From: Tubulanus polymorphus | Lineage: Eukaryota; Animalia; Nemertea | Direction: 5' to 3' | Assembly: GCF_964204645.1 (NCBI RefSeq) | Contig: NW_027437479.1 | Location: 1 to 54,953 of the forward strand | Length of the DNA: 54,953 bases | Shown: positions 12,001 through 26,200 of the stretch, piece by piece | How the letters are laid out: every line of letters starts with the position of its first letter | Numbering within the stretch: position 1 is the stretch's first letter | Translations under genes and position numbers: made by a program | Notes under the pieces: generated by a model | Databases searched by the model: none | What the model was told of the DNA's origin: nothing | Seen by the model: the letters and a program-made list of their open reading frames with translations, nothing else

Positions 12001-15000
12001 CGTAAAAGCGCTCAAATCGTCAGGAAAAGCACTTTTCGACCCGAAAACGTCGTTCAGCGCGAGAAAAGACGTTTTCGTATCAAATATTCCCCCTATCGGA
12101 AAAACGACAATGTCGATGCGTAAAAGCGCTCAAATCGTCAGGAAAAGCACTTTTCGACCCTAAAACGTCGTTCAGCGCGAGAAAAGACGTTTTCGTATCA
12201 AATATTCCCCCTATCGGAAAAACGACAATGTCGATGCGTAAAAGCGCTCAAATCGTCAGGAAAAGCACTTTTCGACCCTAAAACGTCGTTCAGCGCGAGA
12301 AAAGACGTTTTCGTATCAAATATTCCCCCTATCGGAAAAACGACAATGTCGATGCGTAAAAGCGCTCAAATCGTCAGGAAAAGCACTTTTCGACCCGAAA
12401 ACGTCGTTCAGCGCGAGAAAAGACGTTTTCGTATCAAATATTCCCCCTATCGGAAAAACGACAATGTCGATGCGTAAAAGCGCTCAAATCGTCAGGAAAA
12501 GCACTTTTCGCTCCGAAAACGTCGTTCAGCGCGAGAAAAGACGTTTTCGTATCAAATATTCCCCCTATCGGAAAAACGACAATGTCGATGCGTAAAAGCG
12601 CTCAAATCGTCAGGAAAAGCACTTTTCGACCCTAAAACGTCGTTCAGCGCGAGAAAAGACGTTTTCGTATCAAATATTCCCCCTATCGGAAAAACGACAA
12701 TGTCGATGCGTAAAAGCGCTCAAATCGTCAGGAAAAGCACTTTTCGACCCTAAAACGTCGTTCAGCGCGAGAAAAGACGTTTTCGTATCAAATATTCCCC
12801 CTATCGGAAAAACGACAATGTCGATGCGTAAAAGCGCTCAAATCGTCAGGAAAAGCACTTTTCGACCCGAAAACGTCGTTCAGCGCGAGAAAAGACGTTT
12901 TCGTATCAAATATTCCCCCTATCGGAAAAACGACAATGTCGATGCGTAAAAGCGCTCAAATCGTCAGGAAAAGCACTTTTCGCTCCGAAAACGTCGTTCA
13001 GCGCGAGAAAAGACGTTTTCGTATCAAATATTCCCCCTATCGGAAAAACGACAATGTCGATGCGTAAAAGCGCTCAAATCGCCAGGAAAAGCACTTTTCG
13101 CTCCGAAAACGTCGTTCAGCGCGAGAAAAGACGTTTTCGTATCAAATATTCCCCCTATCGGAAAAAACGACAATGTCGATGCGTAAAAAGCGCTCAAATC
13201 GTCAGGAAAAGCACTTTTCGTCGCGAAAACGTCGTTCAGCGCGAGAAAAGACGTTTTCTCACCACATTCTCCCCGTATCGGATAAACGACAATGTCGATG
13301 CGTAAAAGCGCTCAAATCGTCAGGAAAAGCACTTTTCGCTCCGAAAACGTCGTTCAGCGCGAGAAAAGACGTTTTCGTATCAAATATTCCCCCTATCGGA
13401 AAAACGACAATGTCGATGCGTAAAAGCGCTCAAATCGTCAGGAAAAGCACTTTTCGCTCCGAAAACGTCGTTCAGCGCGAGAAAAGACGTTTTCGTATCA
13501 AATATTCCCCCTATCGGAAAAACGACAATGTCGATGCGTAAAAGCGCTCAAATCGCCAGGAAAAGCACTTTTCGCTCCGAAAACGTCGTTCAGCGCGAGA
13601 AAAGACGTTTTCGTATCAAATATTCCCCCTATCGGAAAAACGACAATGTCGATGCGTAAAAGCGCTCAAATCGTCAGGAAAAGCACTTTTCGTCGCGAAA
13701 ACGTCGTTCAGCGCGAGAAAAGACGTTTTCTCATCACATTCTCCCCGTATCGGATAAACGACAATGTCGATGCGTAAAAGCGCTCAAATCGTCAGGAAAA
13801 GCACTTTTCGCTCCGAAAACGTCGTTCAGCGCGAGAAAAGACGTTTTCGTATCAAATATTCCCCCTATCGGAAAAACGACAATGTCGATGCGTAAAAGCG
13901 CTCAAATCGTCAGGAAAAGCACTTTTCGACCCGAAAACGTCGTTCAGCGCGAGAAAAGACGTTTTCGTATCAAATATTCCCCCTATCGGAAAAACGACAA
14001 TGTCGATGCGTAAAAGCGCTCAAATCGTCAGGAAAAGCACATTTCGACCCGAAAACGTCGTTCAGCGCGAGAAAAGACGTTTTCGTATCAAATATTCCCC
14101 CTATCGGAAAAACGACAATGTCGATGCGTAAAAGCGCTCAAATCGTCAGGAAAAGCACTTTTCGACCCGAAAACGTCGTTCAGCGCGAGAAAAGACGTTT
14201 TCGTATCAAATATTCCCCCTATCGAAAAACGACAATGTCGATGCGTAAAAGCGCTCAAATCGTCAGGAAAAGCACTTTTCGCTCCGAAAACGTCGTTCAG
14301 CGCGAGAAAAGACGTTTTCGTATCAAATATTCCCCCTATCGGAAAAACGACAATGTCGATGCGTAAAAGCGCTCAAATCGTCAGGAAAAGCACATTTCGA
14401 CCCTAAAACGTCGTTCAGCGCGAGAAAAGACGTTTTCTCACCACATTTTCCCCCTATCGGAAAAACGACAATGTCGATGCGTAAAAGCGCTCAAATCGTC
14501 AGGAAAAGCACATTTCGACCCGAAAACGTCGTTCAGCGCGAGAAAAGACGTTTTTCTCATCACATTTTCCCCGTATCGGAAAAAACGACAATGTCGATGC
14601 GTAAAAGCGCTCAAATCGTCAGGAAAAGCACATTTCGACCCGAAAACGTCGTTCAGCGCGAGAAAAGACGTTTTCTCATCACATTTTCCCCGTATCGGAA
14701 AAACGACAATGTCGATGCGTAAAAGCGCTCAAATCGTCAGGAAAAGCACTTTTCGACCCGAAAACGTCGTTCAGCGCGAGAAAAGACGTTTTCTCATCAA
14801 ATATTCCCCGTATCGGAAAAACGACGATGTCGATGCGTAAAAGCGCTCAAATCGTCAGGAAAAGCACATTTCGACCCGAAAACGTCGTTCAGCGCGAGAA
14901 AAGACGTTTTCTCATCACATTTTCCCCGTATCGGAAAAAACGACGATGTCGATGCGTAAAAGCGCTCAAATCGTCAGGAAAAGCACTTTTCGCTCCGAAA

Positions 15001-18000
15001 ACGTCGTTCAGCGCGAGAAAAGACGTTTTCGTATCAAATATTCCCCCTATCGGAAAAACGACAATGTCGATGCGTAAAAGCGCTCAAATCGTCAGGAAAA
15101 GCACTTTTCGACCCGAAAACGTCGTTCAGCGCGAGAAAAGACGTTTTCGTATCAAATATTCCCCCTATCGGAAAAACGACAATGTCGATGCGTAAAAGCG
15201 CTCAAATCGTCAGGAAAAGCACATTTCGACCCGAAAACGTCGTTCAGCGCGAGAAAAGACGTTTTCGTATCAAATATTCCCCCTATCGGAAAAACGACAA
15301 TGTCGATGCGTAAAAGCGCTCAAATCGTCAGGAAAAGCACTTTTCGACCCGAAAACGTCGTTCAGCGCGAGAAAAGACGTTTTCGTATCAAATATTCCCC
15401 CTATCGGAAAAACGACAATGTCGATGCGTAAAAGCGCTCAAATCGTCAGGAAAAGCACTTTTCGCTCCGAAAACGTCGTTCAGCGCGAGAAAAGACGTTT
15501 TCGTATCAAATATTCCCCTATCGGAAAAACGACAATGTCGATGCGTAAAAGCGCTCAAATCGTCAGGAAAAGCACTTTTCGACCCGAAAACGTCGTTCAG
15601 CGCGAGAAAAGACGTTTTCTCATCAAATATTCCCCCTATCGGAAAAACGACAATGTCGATGCGTAAAAGCGCTCAAATCGTCAGGAAAAGCACATTTCGA
15701 CCCTAAAACGTCGTTCAGCGCGAGAAAAGACGTTTTCTCATCACATTTTCCCCCTATCGGAAAAACGACAATGTCGATGCGTAAAAGCGCTCAAATCGTC
15801 AGGAAAAGCACATTTCGACCCGAAAACGTCGTTCAGCGCGAGAAAAGACGTTTTCTCATCACATTTTCCCCGTATCGGAAAAACGACAATGTCGATGCGT
15901 AAAAGCGCTCAAATCGTCAGGAAAAGCACTTTTCGACCCGAAAACGTCGTTCAGCGCGAGAAAAGACGTTTTCTCATCACATTTTCCCCGTATCGGAAAA
16001 ACGACAATGTCGATGCGTAAAAGCGCTCAAATCGTCAGGAAAAGCACATTTCGACCCGAAAACGTCGTTCAGCGCGAGAAAAGACGTTTTCGTATCAAAT
16101 ATTCCCCCTATCGGAAAAACGACGATGTCGATGCGTAAAAGCGCTCAAATCGTCAGGAAAAGCACTTTTCGTCGCGAAAACGTCGTTCTGCGCGAGAAAA
16201 GACGTTTTCTCATCACATTCTCCCCGTATCGGAAAAACAACAATGTCGATGCGTAAAAGCGCTCAAATCGTCAGGAAAAGCACATTTCGACCCGAAAACG
16301 TCGTTCAGCGCGAGAAAAGACGTTTTCGTATCAAATATTCCCCCTATCGGAAAAACGACAATGTCGATGCGTAAAAGCGCTCAAATCGTCAGGAAAAGCA
16401 CTTTTCGCTCCGAAAACGTCGTTCAGCGCGAGAAAAGACGTTTTCGTATCAAATATTCCCCCTATCGGAAAAACGACAATGTCGATGCGTAAAAGCGCTC
16501 AAATCGTCAGGAAAAGCACATTTCGACCCTAAAACGTCGTTCAGCGCGAGAAAAGACGTTTTCTCATCACATTTTCCCCCTATCGGAAAAACGACAATGT
16601 CGATGCGTAAAAGCGCTCAAATCGTCAGGAAAAGCACTTTTCGCTCCGAAAACGTCGTTCAGCGCGAGAAAAGACGTTTTCGTATCAAATATTCCCCCTA
16701 TCGGAAAAACGACAATGTCGATGCGTAAAAGCGCTCAAATCGTCAGGAAAAGCACTTTTCGACCCGAAAACGTCGTTCAGCGCGAGAAAAGACGTTTTCT
16801 CATCAAATATTCCCCGTATCGGAAAAACGACGATGTCGATGCGTAAAAGCGCTCAAATCGTCAGGAAAAGCACTTTTCGACCCGAAAACGTCGTTCAGCG
16901 CGAGAAAAGACGTTTTCTCATCACATTTTCCCCGTATCGGAAAAAACGACAATGTCGATGCGTAAAAGCGCTCAAATCGTCAGGAAAAGCACATTTCGAC
17001 CCGAAAACGTCGTTCAGCGCGAGAAAAGACGTTTTCGTATCAAATATTCCCCCTATCGGAAAAACGACAATGTCGATGCGTAAAAGCGCTCAAATCGTCA
17101 GGAAAAGCACTTTTCGTCGCGAAAACGTCGTTCAGCGCGAGAAAAGACGTTTTCTCATCACATTCTCCCCGTATCGGATAAACGACAATGTAGATGCGTA
17201 AAAGCGCTCAAATCGTCAGGAAAAGCACTTTTCGACCCTAAAACGTCGTTCAGCGCGAGAAAAGACGTTTTTGTATCAAATATTCCCTGTATCGGAAAAA
17301 ACGACAATGTCGATGCGTAAAAGCGCTCAAATCGTCAGGAAAAGCACATTTCGACCCGAAAACGTCGTTCAGCGCGAGAAAAGACGTTTTCTCATCACAT
17401 TTTCCCCCTATCGGAAAAACGACAATGTCGATGCGTAAAAGCGCTCAAATCGTCAGGAAAAGCACTTTTCGTCGCGAAAACGTCGTTCAGCGCGAGAAAA
17501 GACGTTTTCGTATCAAATATTCCCCGTATCGGAAAAACGACAATGTCGATGCGTAAAAGCGCTCAAATCGTCAGGAAAAGCACTTTTCGACCCGAAAACG
17601 TCGTTCAGCGCGAGAAAAGACGTTTTCGTATCAAATATTCCCCCTATCGGAAAAACGACAATGTCGATGCGTAAAAGCTCTCAAATCGTCAGGAAAAGCA
17701 CATTTCGACCCGAAAACGTCGTTCAGCGCGAGAAAAGACGTTTTCGTATCAAATATTCCCCCTATCGGAAAAACGACAATGTCGATGCGTAAAAGCGCTC
17801 AAATCGTCAGGAAAAGCACATTTCGACCCTAAAACGTCGTTCAGCGCGAGAAAAGACGTTTTCTCATCACATTTTCCCCCTATCGGAAAAACGACAATGT
17901 CGATGCGTAAAAGCGCTCAAATCGTCAGGAAAAGCACTTTTCGCTCCGAAAACGTCGTTCAGCGCGAGAAAAGACGTTTTCGTATCAAATATTCCCCCTA

Positions 18001-20224
18001 TCGGAAAAACGACAATGTCGATGCGTAAAAGCGCTCAAATCGTCAGGAAAAGCACTTTTCGACCCGAAAACGTCGTTCAGCGCGAGAAAAGACGTTTTCT
18101 CATCAAATATTCCCCGTATCGGAAAAACGACGATGTCGATGCGTAAAAGCGCTCAAATCGTCAGGAAAAGCACTTTTCGACCCGAAAACGTCGTTCAGCG
18201 CGAGAAAAGACGTTTTCTCATCACATTTTCCCCGTATCGGAAAAACGACAATGTCGATGCGTAAAAGCGCTCAAATCGTCAGGAAAAGCACATTTCGACC
18301 CGAAAACGTCGTTCAGCGCGAGAAAAGACGTTTTCGTATCAAATATTCCCCCTATCGGAAAAACGACAATGTCGATGCGTAAAAGCGCTCAAATCGTCAG
18401 GAAAAGCACTTTTCGTCTCGAAAACGTCGTTCAGCGCGAGAAAAGACGTTTTCTCATCACATTCTCCCCGTATCGGATAAACGACAATGTAGATGCGTAA
18501 AAGCGCTCAAATCGTCAGGAAAAGCACTTTTCGACCCGAAAACGTCGTTCAGCGCGAGAAAAGACGTTTTTGTATCAAATATTCCCTGTATCGGAAAAAC
18601 GACAATGTCGATGCGTAAAAGCGCTCAAATCGTCAGGAAAAGCACATTTCGACCCGAAAACGTCGTTCAGCGCGAGAAAAGACGTTTTCTCATCACATTT
18701 TCCCCCTATCGGAAAAACGACAATGTCGATGCGTAAAAGCGCTCAAATCGTCAGGAAAAGCACTTTTCGTCGCGAAAACGTCGTTCAGCGCGAGAAAAGA
18801 CGTTTTCGTATCAAATATTCCCCGTATCGGAAAAACGACAATGTCGATGCGTAAAAGCGCTCAAATCGTCAGGAAAAGCACTTTTCGACCCGAAAACGTC
18901 GTTCAGCGCGAGAAAAGACGTTTTCGTATCAAATATTCCCCCTATCGGAAAAACGACAATGTCGATGCGTAAAAGCTCTCAAATCGTCAGGAAAAGCACA
19001 TTTCGACCCGAAAACGTCGTTCAGCGCGAGAAAAGACGTTTTCGTATCAAATATTCCCCCTATCGGAAAAACGACAATGTCGATGCGTAAAAGCGCTCAA
19101 ATCGTCAGGAAAAGCACTTTTCGCTCCGAAAACGTCGTTCAGCGCGAGAAAAGACGTTTTCGTATCAAATATTCCCCCTATCGGAAAAACGACAATGTCG
19201 ATGCGTAAAAGCGCTCAAATCGTCAGGAAAAGCACATTTCGACCCTAAAACGTCGTTCAGCGCGAGAAAAGACGTTTTCTCACCACATTTTCCCCCTATC
19301 GGAAAAACGACAATGTCGATGCGTAAAAGCGCTCAAATCGTCAGGAAAAGCACATTTCGACCCGAAAACGTCGTTCAGCGCGAGAAAAGACGTTTTCTCA
19401 TCACATTTTCCCCGTATCAGAAAAACGACAATGTCGATGCGTAAAAGCGCTCAAATCGTCAGGAAAAGCACATTTCGACCCTAAAACGTCGTTCAGCGCG
19501 AGAAAAGACGTTTTCTCATCACATTTTCCCCCTATCGGAAAAACGACAATGTCGATGCGTAAAAGCGCTCAAATCGTCAGGAAAAGCACATTTCGACCCG
19601 AAAACGTCGTTCAGCGCGAGAAAAGACGTTTTCTCATCACATTTTCCCCGTATCGGAAAAACGACAATGTCGATGCGTAAAAGCGCTCAAATCGTCAGGA
19701 AAAGCACTTTTCGCTCCGAAAACGTCGTTCAGCGCGAGAAAAGACGTTTTCGTATCAAATATTCCCCCTATCGGAAAAACGACAATGTCGATGCGTAAAA
19801 GCGCTCAAATCGTCAGGAAAAGCACTTTTCGTCGCGAAAACGTCGTTCAGCGCGAGAAAAGACGTTTTCTCATCACATTCTCCCCGTATCGGATAAACGA
19901 CAATGTCGATGCGTAAAAGCGCTCAAATCGTCAGGAAAAGCACTTTTCGCTCCGAAAACGTCGTTCAGCGCGAGAAAAGACGTTTTCGTATCAAATATTC
20001 CCCCTATCGGAAAAACGACAATGTCGATGCGTAAAAGCGCTCAAATCGTCAGGAAAAGCACTTTTCGACCCGAAAACGTCGTTCAGCGCGAGAAAAGACG
20101 TTTTCGTATCAAATATTCCCCCTATCGGAAAAACGACGATGTCGATGCGTAAAAGCGCTCAAATCGTCAGGAAAAGCACTTTTCGACCCGAAAACGTCGT
20201 TCAGCGCGAGAAAAGACGTTTTCT
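1..20224. repeat. 118-bp tandem satellite, subfamily/domain A (about 171 monomers)
   Basis: The period is directly visible (gaaaacgtcg at 4 and 122). Consensus is cccgaaaacgtcgttcagcgcgagaaaagacgttttcgtatcaaatattccccctatcggaaaaacgacaatgtcgatgcgtaaaagcgctcaaatcgtcaggaaaagcacttttcga. Diagnostic A alleles are atcaaatatt or atcacatt, gacaatg and tcgtcagg. Confidence 0.98.
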
Positions 20225-23200
20225 CGACGGGAAAAGCACATTTCGGTCCGAAAACGTCGTTCAGCGCGAGAAAAGACGTTTTCTCGTCAACTTCTCCCCG
20301 TATCGGAAAAATGATAATGTCGATGCGTAAAAGCTCTCAAATCGACGGGAAAAGCACATTTCGGTCCGAAAACGTCGTTCAGCGCGAGAAAAGACGTTTT
20401 CTCGTCAACTTCTCCCCGTATCGGAAAAATGATAATGTCGATGCGTAAAAGCGCTCAAATCGTCAGGAAAAGCACATTTCGGCCCGAAAACGTCGTTCAG
20501 CGCGAGAAAATACGTTTTCGTATCGAATATTCCCCCTAACGGAAAAACGACGATGTCGATGCGTATCGAATATTGCCCCTATCGGAAAAACGACGACGTC
20601 GATGCGTAAAAGCGCTCAAATCGACGGGAAAAACACATTTCGGCCCGAAAACGTCGTTCAGCGCGAGAAAAGACGTTTTCTCGACGGGAAAAGCACATTT
20701 CGGTCCGAAAACGTCGTTCAGCGCGAGAAAAGACGTTTTCTCGTCAACTTCTCCCCGTATCGGAAAAATGATAATGTCGATGCGTAAAAGCGCTCAAATC
20801 GACGGGAAAAGCACATATCGACCCGAAAACGTCGTTCAGCGCGAGAAAAGACGTTTTCGTATCGAATATTCCCCCTATCGGAAAAACGACGATGTCGATG
20901 CGTAAAAGCGCTCAAATCGTCAGGAAAAGCACATTTCGGCCCGAAAACGTCGTACAGCGCGAGAAAAGACGTTTTCTCGACGGGAAAAGCACATTTCGGT
21001 CCGAAAACGTCGTTCAGCGCGAGAAAAGACGTTTTCTCGTCAATTTCTCCCCGTATCGGAAAAATTATAATGCCGATGCGCAAAAGCGCTCAAATCGACG
21101 GTAAAAGCACATTTCGGCCCGAAAACGTCGTTCAGCGCGAGAAAAGACGTTTTCTCGTCAACTTCTCCCCGTATCGGAAAAATGATAATGTCGATGCGCA
21201 AAAGCGCTCAAATCGACGGGAAAACACATTTCGGCCCGAAAACGTCGTTCAGCGCGAGAAAAGAAGTTTTCGTATCGAATATTCCCCCTATCGGAAAAAC
21301 GACGATGTCGATGCGTAAAAGCGCTCAAATCGTCAGGAAAAGCACATTTCGGCCCGAAAACGTCGTTCAGCGCGAGAAAAGACGTTTTCTCGTCAACTTC
21401 TCCCCGTATCGGAAAAATGATAATGTCGATGCGTAAAAGCGCTCAAATCGTCAGGAAAAGCACTTTTCGACCCGAAAACGTCGTTCAGCGCGAGAAAAGA
21501 CGTTTTCTCGACGGGAAAAGCACATTTCGGTCCGAAAACGTCGTTCAGCGCGAGAAAAGACGTTTTCTCGTCAACTTCTCCCCGTATCGGAAAAATGATA
21601 ATGTCGATGCGTAAAAGCGCTCAAATCGACGGGAAAAGCACATTTCGATCCGAAAACGTCGTTCAGCGCGAGAAAAGACGTTTTCTCGACGGGAAAAGCA
21701 CATTTCGGTCCGAAAACGTCGTTCAGCGCGAGAAAAGACGTTTTCTCGTCAACTTCTCCCCGTATCGGAAAAATGATAATGCCGATGCGCAAAAGCGCTC
21801 AAATCGACGGGAAAAGCACATTTCGGTCCGAAAACGTCGTACAGCGCGAGAAAAGACGTTTTCTCGTCAACTTCTCCCCGTATCGGAAAAATGATAATGC
21901 CGATGCGCAAAAGCGCTCAAATCGACGGGAAAAGCACATTTCGGCCCGAAAACGTCGTTCAGCGCGAGAAAAGACGTTTTCTCGTCAACTTCTCCCCGTA
22001 TCGGAAAAATGATAATGTCGATGCGTAAAAGCGCTCAAATCGACGGGAAAAGCACATTTCGACCCGAAAACGTCGTTCAGCGCGAGAAAAGACGTTTTCT
22101 CGACGGGAAAAGCACATTTCGGTCCGAAAACGTCGTTCAGCGCGAGAAAAGACGTTTTCTCGTCAATTTCTCCCCGTATCGGAAAAATTATAATGCCGAT
22201 GCGCAAAAGCGCTCAAATCGACGGGAAAAGCACATTTCGGCCCGAAAACGTCGTTCAGCGCGAGAAAAGACGTTTTCTCGTCAACTTCTCCCCGTATCGG
22301 AAAAATGATAATGTCGATGCGTAAAAGCGCTCAAATCGACGGGAAAAGCACATTTCGACCCGAAAACGTCGTTCAGCGCGAGAAAAGAAGTTTTCGTATC
22401 GAATATTCGCCCTATCGGAAAAACGACGATGTCGATGCGTAAAAGCGCTCAAATCGTCAGGAAAAGTGCATTTCGGCCCGAAAACGTCGTTCAGCGCGAG
22501 AAAAGACGTTTTCTCGTCAACTTCTCCCCGTATCGGAAAAATGATAATGCCGATGCGCAAAAGCGCTCAAATCGACGGGAAAAGCACATTTCGGCCCGAA
22601 AACGTCGTTCAGCGCGAGAAAAGACGTTTTCTCGTCAACTTCTCCCCGTATCGGAAAAATGATAATGTCGATGCGTAAAAGCTCTCAAATCGACGGGAAA
22701 AGCACATTTCGACCCGAAAACGTCGTTCAGCGCGAGAAAAGACGTTTTCGTATCGAATATTCCCCCTATCGGAAAAACGACGATGTCGATGCGTAAAAGC
22801 GCTCAAATCGTCAGGAAAAGCACATTTCGGTCCGAAAACGTCGTTCAGCGCGAGAAAAGACGTTTTCTCGTCAATTTCTCCCCGTATCGCAAAAATGATA
22901 ATGTCGAAGCGCAAAAGCGCTCAAATCGACGGGAAAAGCACATTTCGGTCCGAAAACGTCGTTCAGCGCGAGAAAAGACGTTTTCTCGTCAACTTCTCCC
23001 CGTATCGGAAAAATGATAATGTCGATGCGTAAAAGCGCTCAAATCGTCAGGAAAAGCACATTTCGGCCCGAAAACGTCGTTCAGCGCGAGAAAATACGTT
23101 TTCGTATCGAATATTCCCCCTGTCGGAAAAATGATAATGTCGATGCGCAAAAGCGCTCAAATCGACGGGAAAAACACATTTCGGCCCGAAAACGTCGTTC

Positions 23201-26200
23201 AGCGCGAGAAAAGAAGTTTTCGTATCGAATATTCCCCCTATCGGAAAAACGACGATGTCGATGCGTATCGAATATTGCCCCTATCGGAAAAACGACGACG
23301 TCGATGCGTAAAAGCGCTCAAATCGTCAGGAAAAGCACTTTTCGACCCGAAAACGTCGTTCAGCGCGAGAAAAGACGTTTTCTCGACGGGAAAAGCACAT
23401 TTCGGTCCAAAAACGTCGTTCAGCGCGAGAAAAGACGTTTTCTCGTCAACTTCTCCCCGTATCGGAAAAATGATAATGTCGATGCGTAAAAGCGCTCAAA
23501 TCGACGGGAAAAGCACATTTCGGCCCGAAAACGTCGTTCAGCGCGAGAAAAGACGTTTTCGTATCGAATATTGCCCCTATCGGAAAAACGACGACGTCGA
23601 TGCGTAAAAGCGCTCAAATCGTCAGGAAAAGCACTTTTCGACCCGAAAACGTCGTTCAGCGCGAGAAAAGACGTTTTCTCGACGGGAAAAGCACATTTCG
23701 GTCCAAAAACGTCGTTCAGCGCGAGAAAAGACGTTTTCTCGTCAACTTCTCCCCGTATCGGAAAAATGATAATGCCGATGCGCAAAAGCACTCAAATCGA
23801 CGGGAAAAGCACATTTCGGCCCGAAAACGTCGTTCAGCGCGAGAAAAGACGTTTTCTCGTCAACTTCTCCCCGTATCGGAAAAATGATAATGTCGATGCG
23901 TAAAAGCGCTCAAATCGACGGGAAAAGCACATTTCGACCCGAAAACGTCGTTCAGCGCGAGAAAAGACGTTTTCTCGACGGGAAAAGCACATTTCGGTCC
24001 GAAAACGTCGTACAGCGCGAGAAAAGACGTTTTCTCGTCAACTTCTCCCCGTATCGGAAAAATGATAATGCCGATGCGCAAAAGCGCTCAAATCGACGGG
24101 AAAAGCACATTTCGGTCCGAAAACGTCGTACAGCGCGAGAAAAGACGTTTTCTCGTCAACTTCTCCCCGTATCGGAAAAATGATAATGTCGATGCGTAAA
24201 TGCGCTCAAATCGACGGGAAAAGCACATTTCGGCCCGAAAACGTCGTACAGCGCGAGAAAAGACGTTTTCTCGTCAACTTCTCCCCGTATCGGAAAAATG
24301 ATAATGCCGATGCGCAAAAGCGCTCAAATCGACGGGAAAAGCACATTTCGGCCCGAAAACGTCGTTCAGCGCGAGAAAAGACGTTTTCTCGTCAACTTCT
24401 CCCCGTGTCGGAAAAATGATAATGCCGATGCGCAAAAGCGCTCAACTCGACGGGAAAAGCACATTTCGGCCCGAAAACGTCGTTCAGCGCGAGAAAAGAC
24501 GTTTTCTCGTCAACTTCTCTCCGTATCGGAAAAATTATAATGCCGATGCGCAAAAGCGCTCAAATCGACGGGAAAAGCATATTTCGGCCCGAAAACGTCG
24601 TTCAGCGCGAGTAAAGACGTTTTCTCGTCAACTTCTCCCCGTATCGGAAAAATGATAATGTCGATGCGCAAAAGCGCTCAAATCGACGGGAAAAACACAT
24701 TTCGGCCCGAAAACGTCGTTCAGCGCGAGAAAAGACGTTTTCTCGTCAACTTCTCCCCGTATCGGAAAAATGATAATGTCGATGCGTAAAAGCGCTCAAA
24801 TCGTCAGGAAAAGCACTTTTCGACCCGAAAACGTCGTTCAGCGCGAGAAAAGACGTTTTCGTATCGAATATTCCCCCTATCGGAAAAACGACGATGTCGA
24901 TGCGTAAAAGCGCTCAAATCGTCAGGAAAAGCGCATTTCGGCCCGAAAACGTCGTTCAGTGCGAGAAAAGACGTTTTCTCGTCAACTTCTCCCCGTATCG
25001 GAAAAATGATAATGTCGATGCGTAAAAGCGCTCAAATCGTCAGGAAAAGCACTTTTCGACCCGAAAACGTCGTTCAGCGCGAGAAAAGACGTTTTTGTAT
25101 CGAATATTCGCCCTATCGGAAAAACGACGATGTCGATGCGTAAAAGCGCTCAAATCGTCAGGAAAAGCACATTTCGGCCCGAAAACGTCGTACAGCACGA
25201 GAAAAGACGTTTTCTCGACGGGAAAAGCACATTTCGGTCCGAAAACGTCGTTCAGCGCGAGAAAAGACGTTTTCTCGTCAATTTCTCCCCGTATCGCAAA
25301 AATGATAATGTCGAAACTCAAAAATCGCTCAAAACGACGGGAAAAGCACATTTCGGTCCGAAAACGTCGTTCAGCGCGAGAAAAGACGTTTTCTCGTCAC
25401 ATTCTCCCCGTATCGGAAAAATGATAATGTCGATGCGTAAAAGCGCTCAAATCGACGGGAAAAGCACATTTCGACCCGAAAACGTCGTTCAGCGCGAGAA
25501 AAGACGTTTTCGTATCGAATATTCCCCCTATCGGAAAAACGACGATGTCGATGCGTAAAAGCGCTCAAATCGTCAGGAAAAGCACATTTCGGCCCGAAAA
25601 CGTCGTTCAGCGCGAGAAAAGACGTTTTCTCGTCAACTTCTCCCCGTATCGGAAAAATGATAATGCCGATGCGCAAAAGCGCTCAAATCGACGGGAAAAG
25701 CACATTTCGGCCCGAAAACGTCGTTCAGCGCGAGAAAAGACGTTTTCTCGTCAACTTCTCCCCGTATCGGAAAAATGATAATGTCGATGCGCAAAAGCGC
25801 TCAAATCGACGGGAAAAACACATTTCGGCCCGAAAACGTCGTTCAGCGCGAGAAAAGACGTTTTCGTATCGAATATTCCCCCTATCGGAAAAACGACGAT
25901 GTCGATGCGTAAAAGCGCTCAAATCGTCAGGAAAAGCACATTTCGGCCCGAAAACGTCGTTCAGCGCGAGAAAAGACGTTTTCTCGTCAACTTCTCCCCG
26001 TATCGGAAAAATGATAATGTCGATGCGTAAAAGCGCTCAAATCGACGGGAAAAGCACATTTCGACCCGAAAACGTCGTTCAGCGCGAGAAAAGACGTTTT
26101 CGTATCGAATATTCGCCCTATCGGAAAAACGACGATGTCGATGCGTAAAAGCGCTCAAATCGTCAGGAAAAGCGCATTTCGGCCCGAAAACGTCGTTCAG

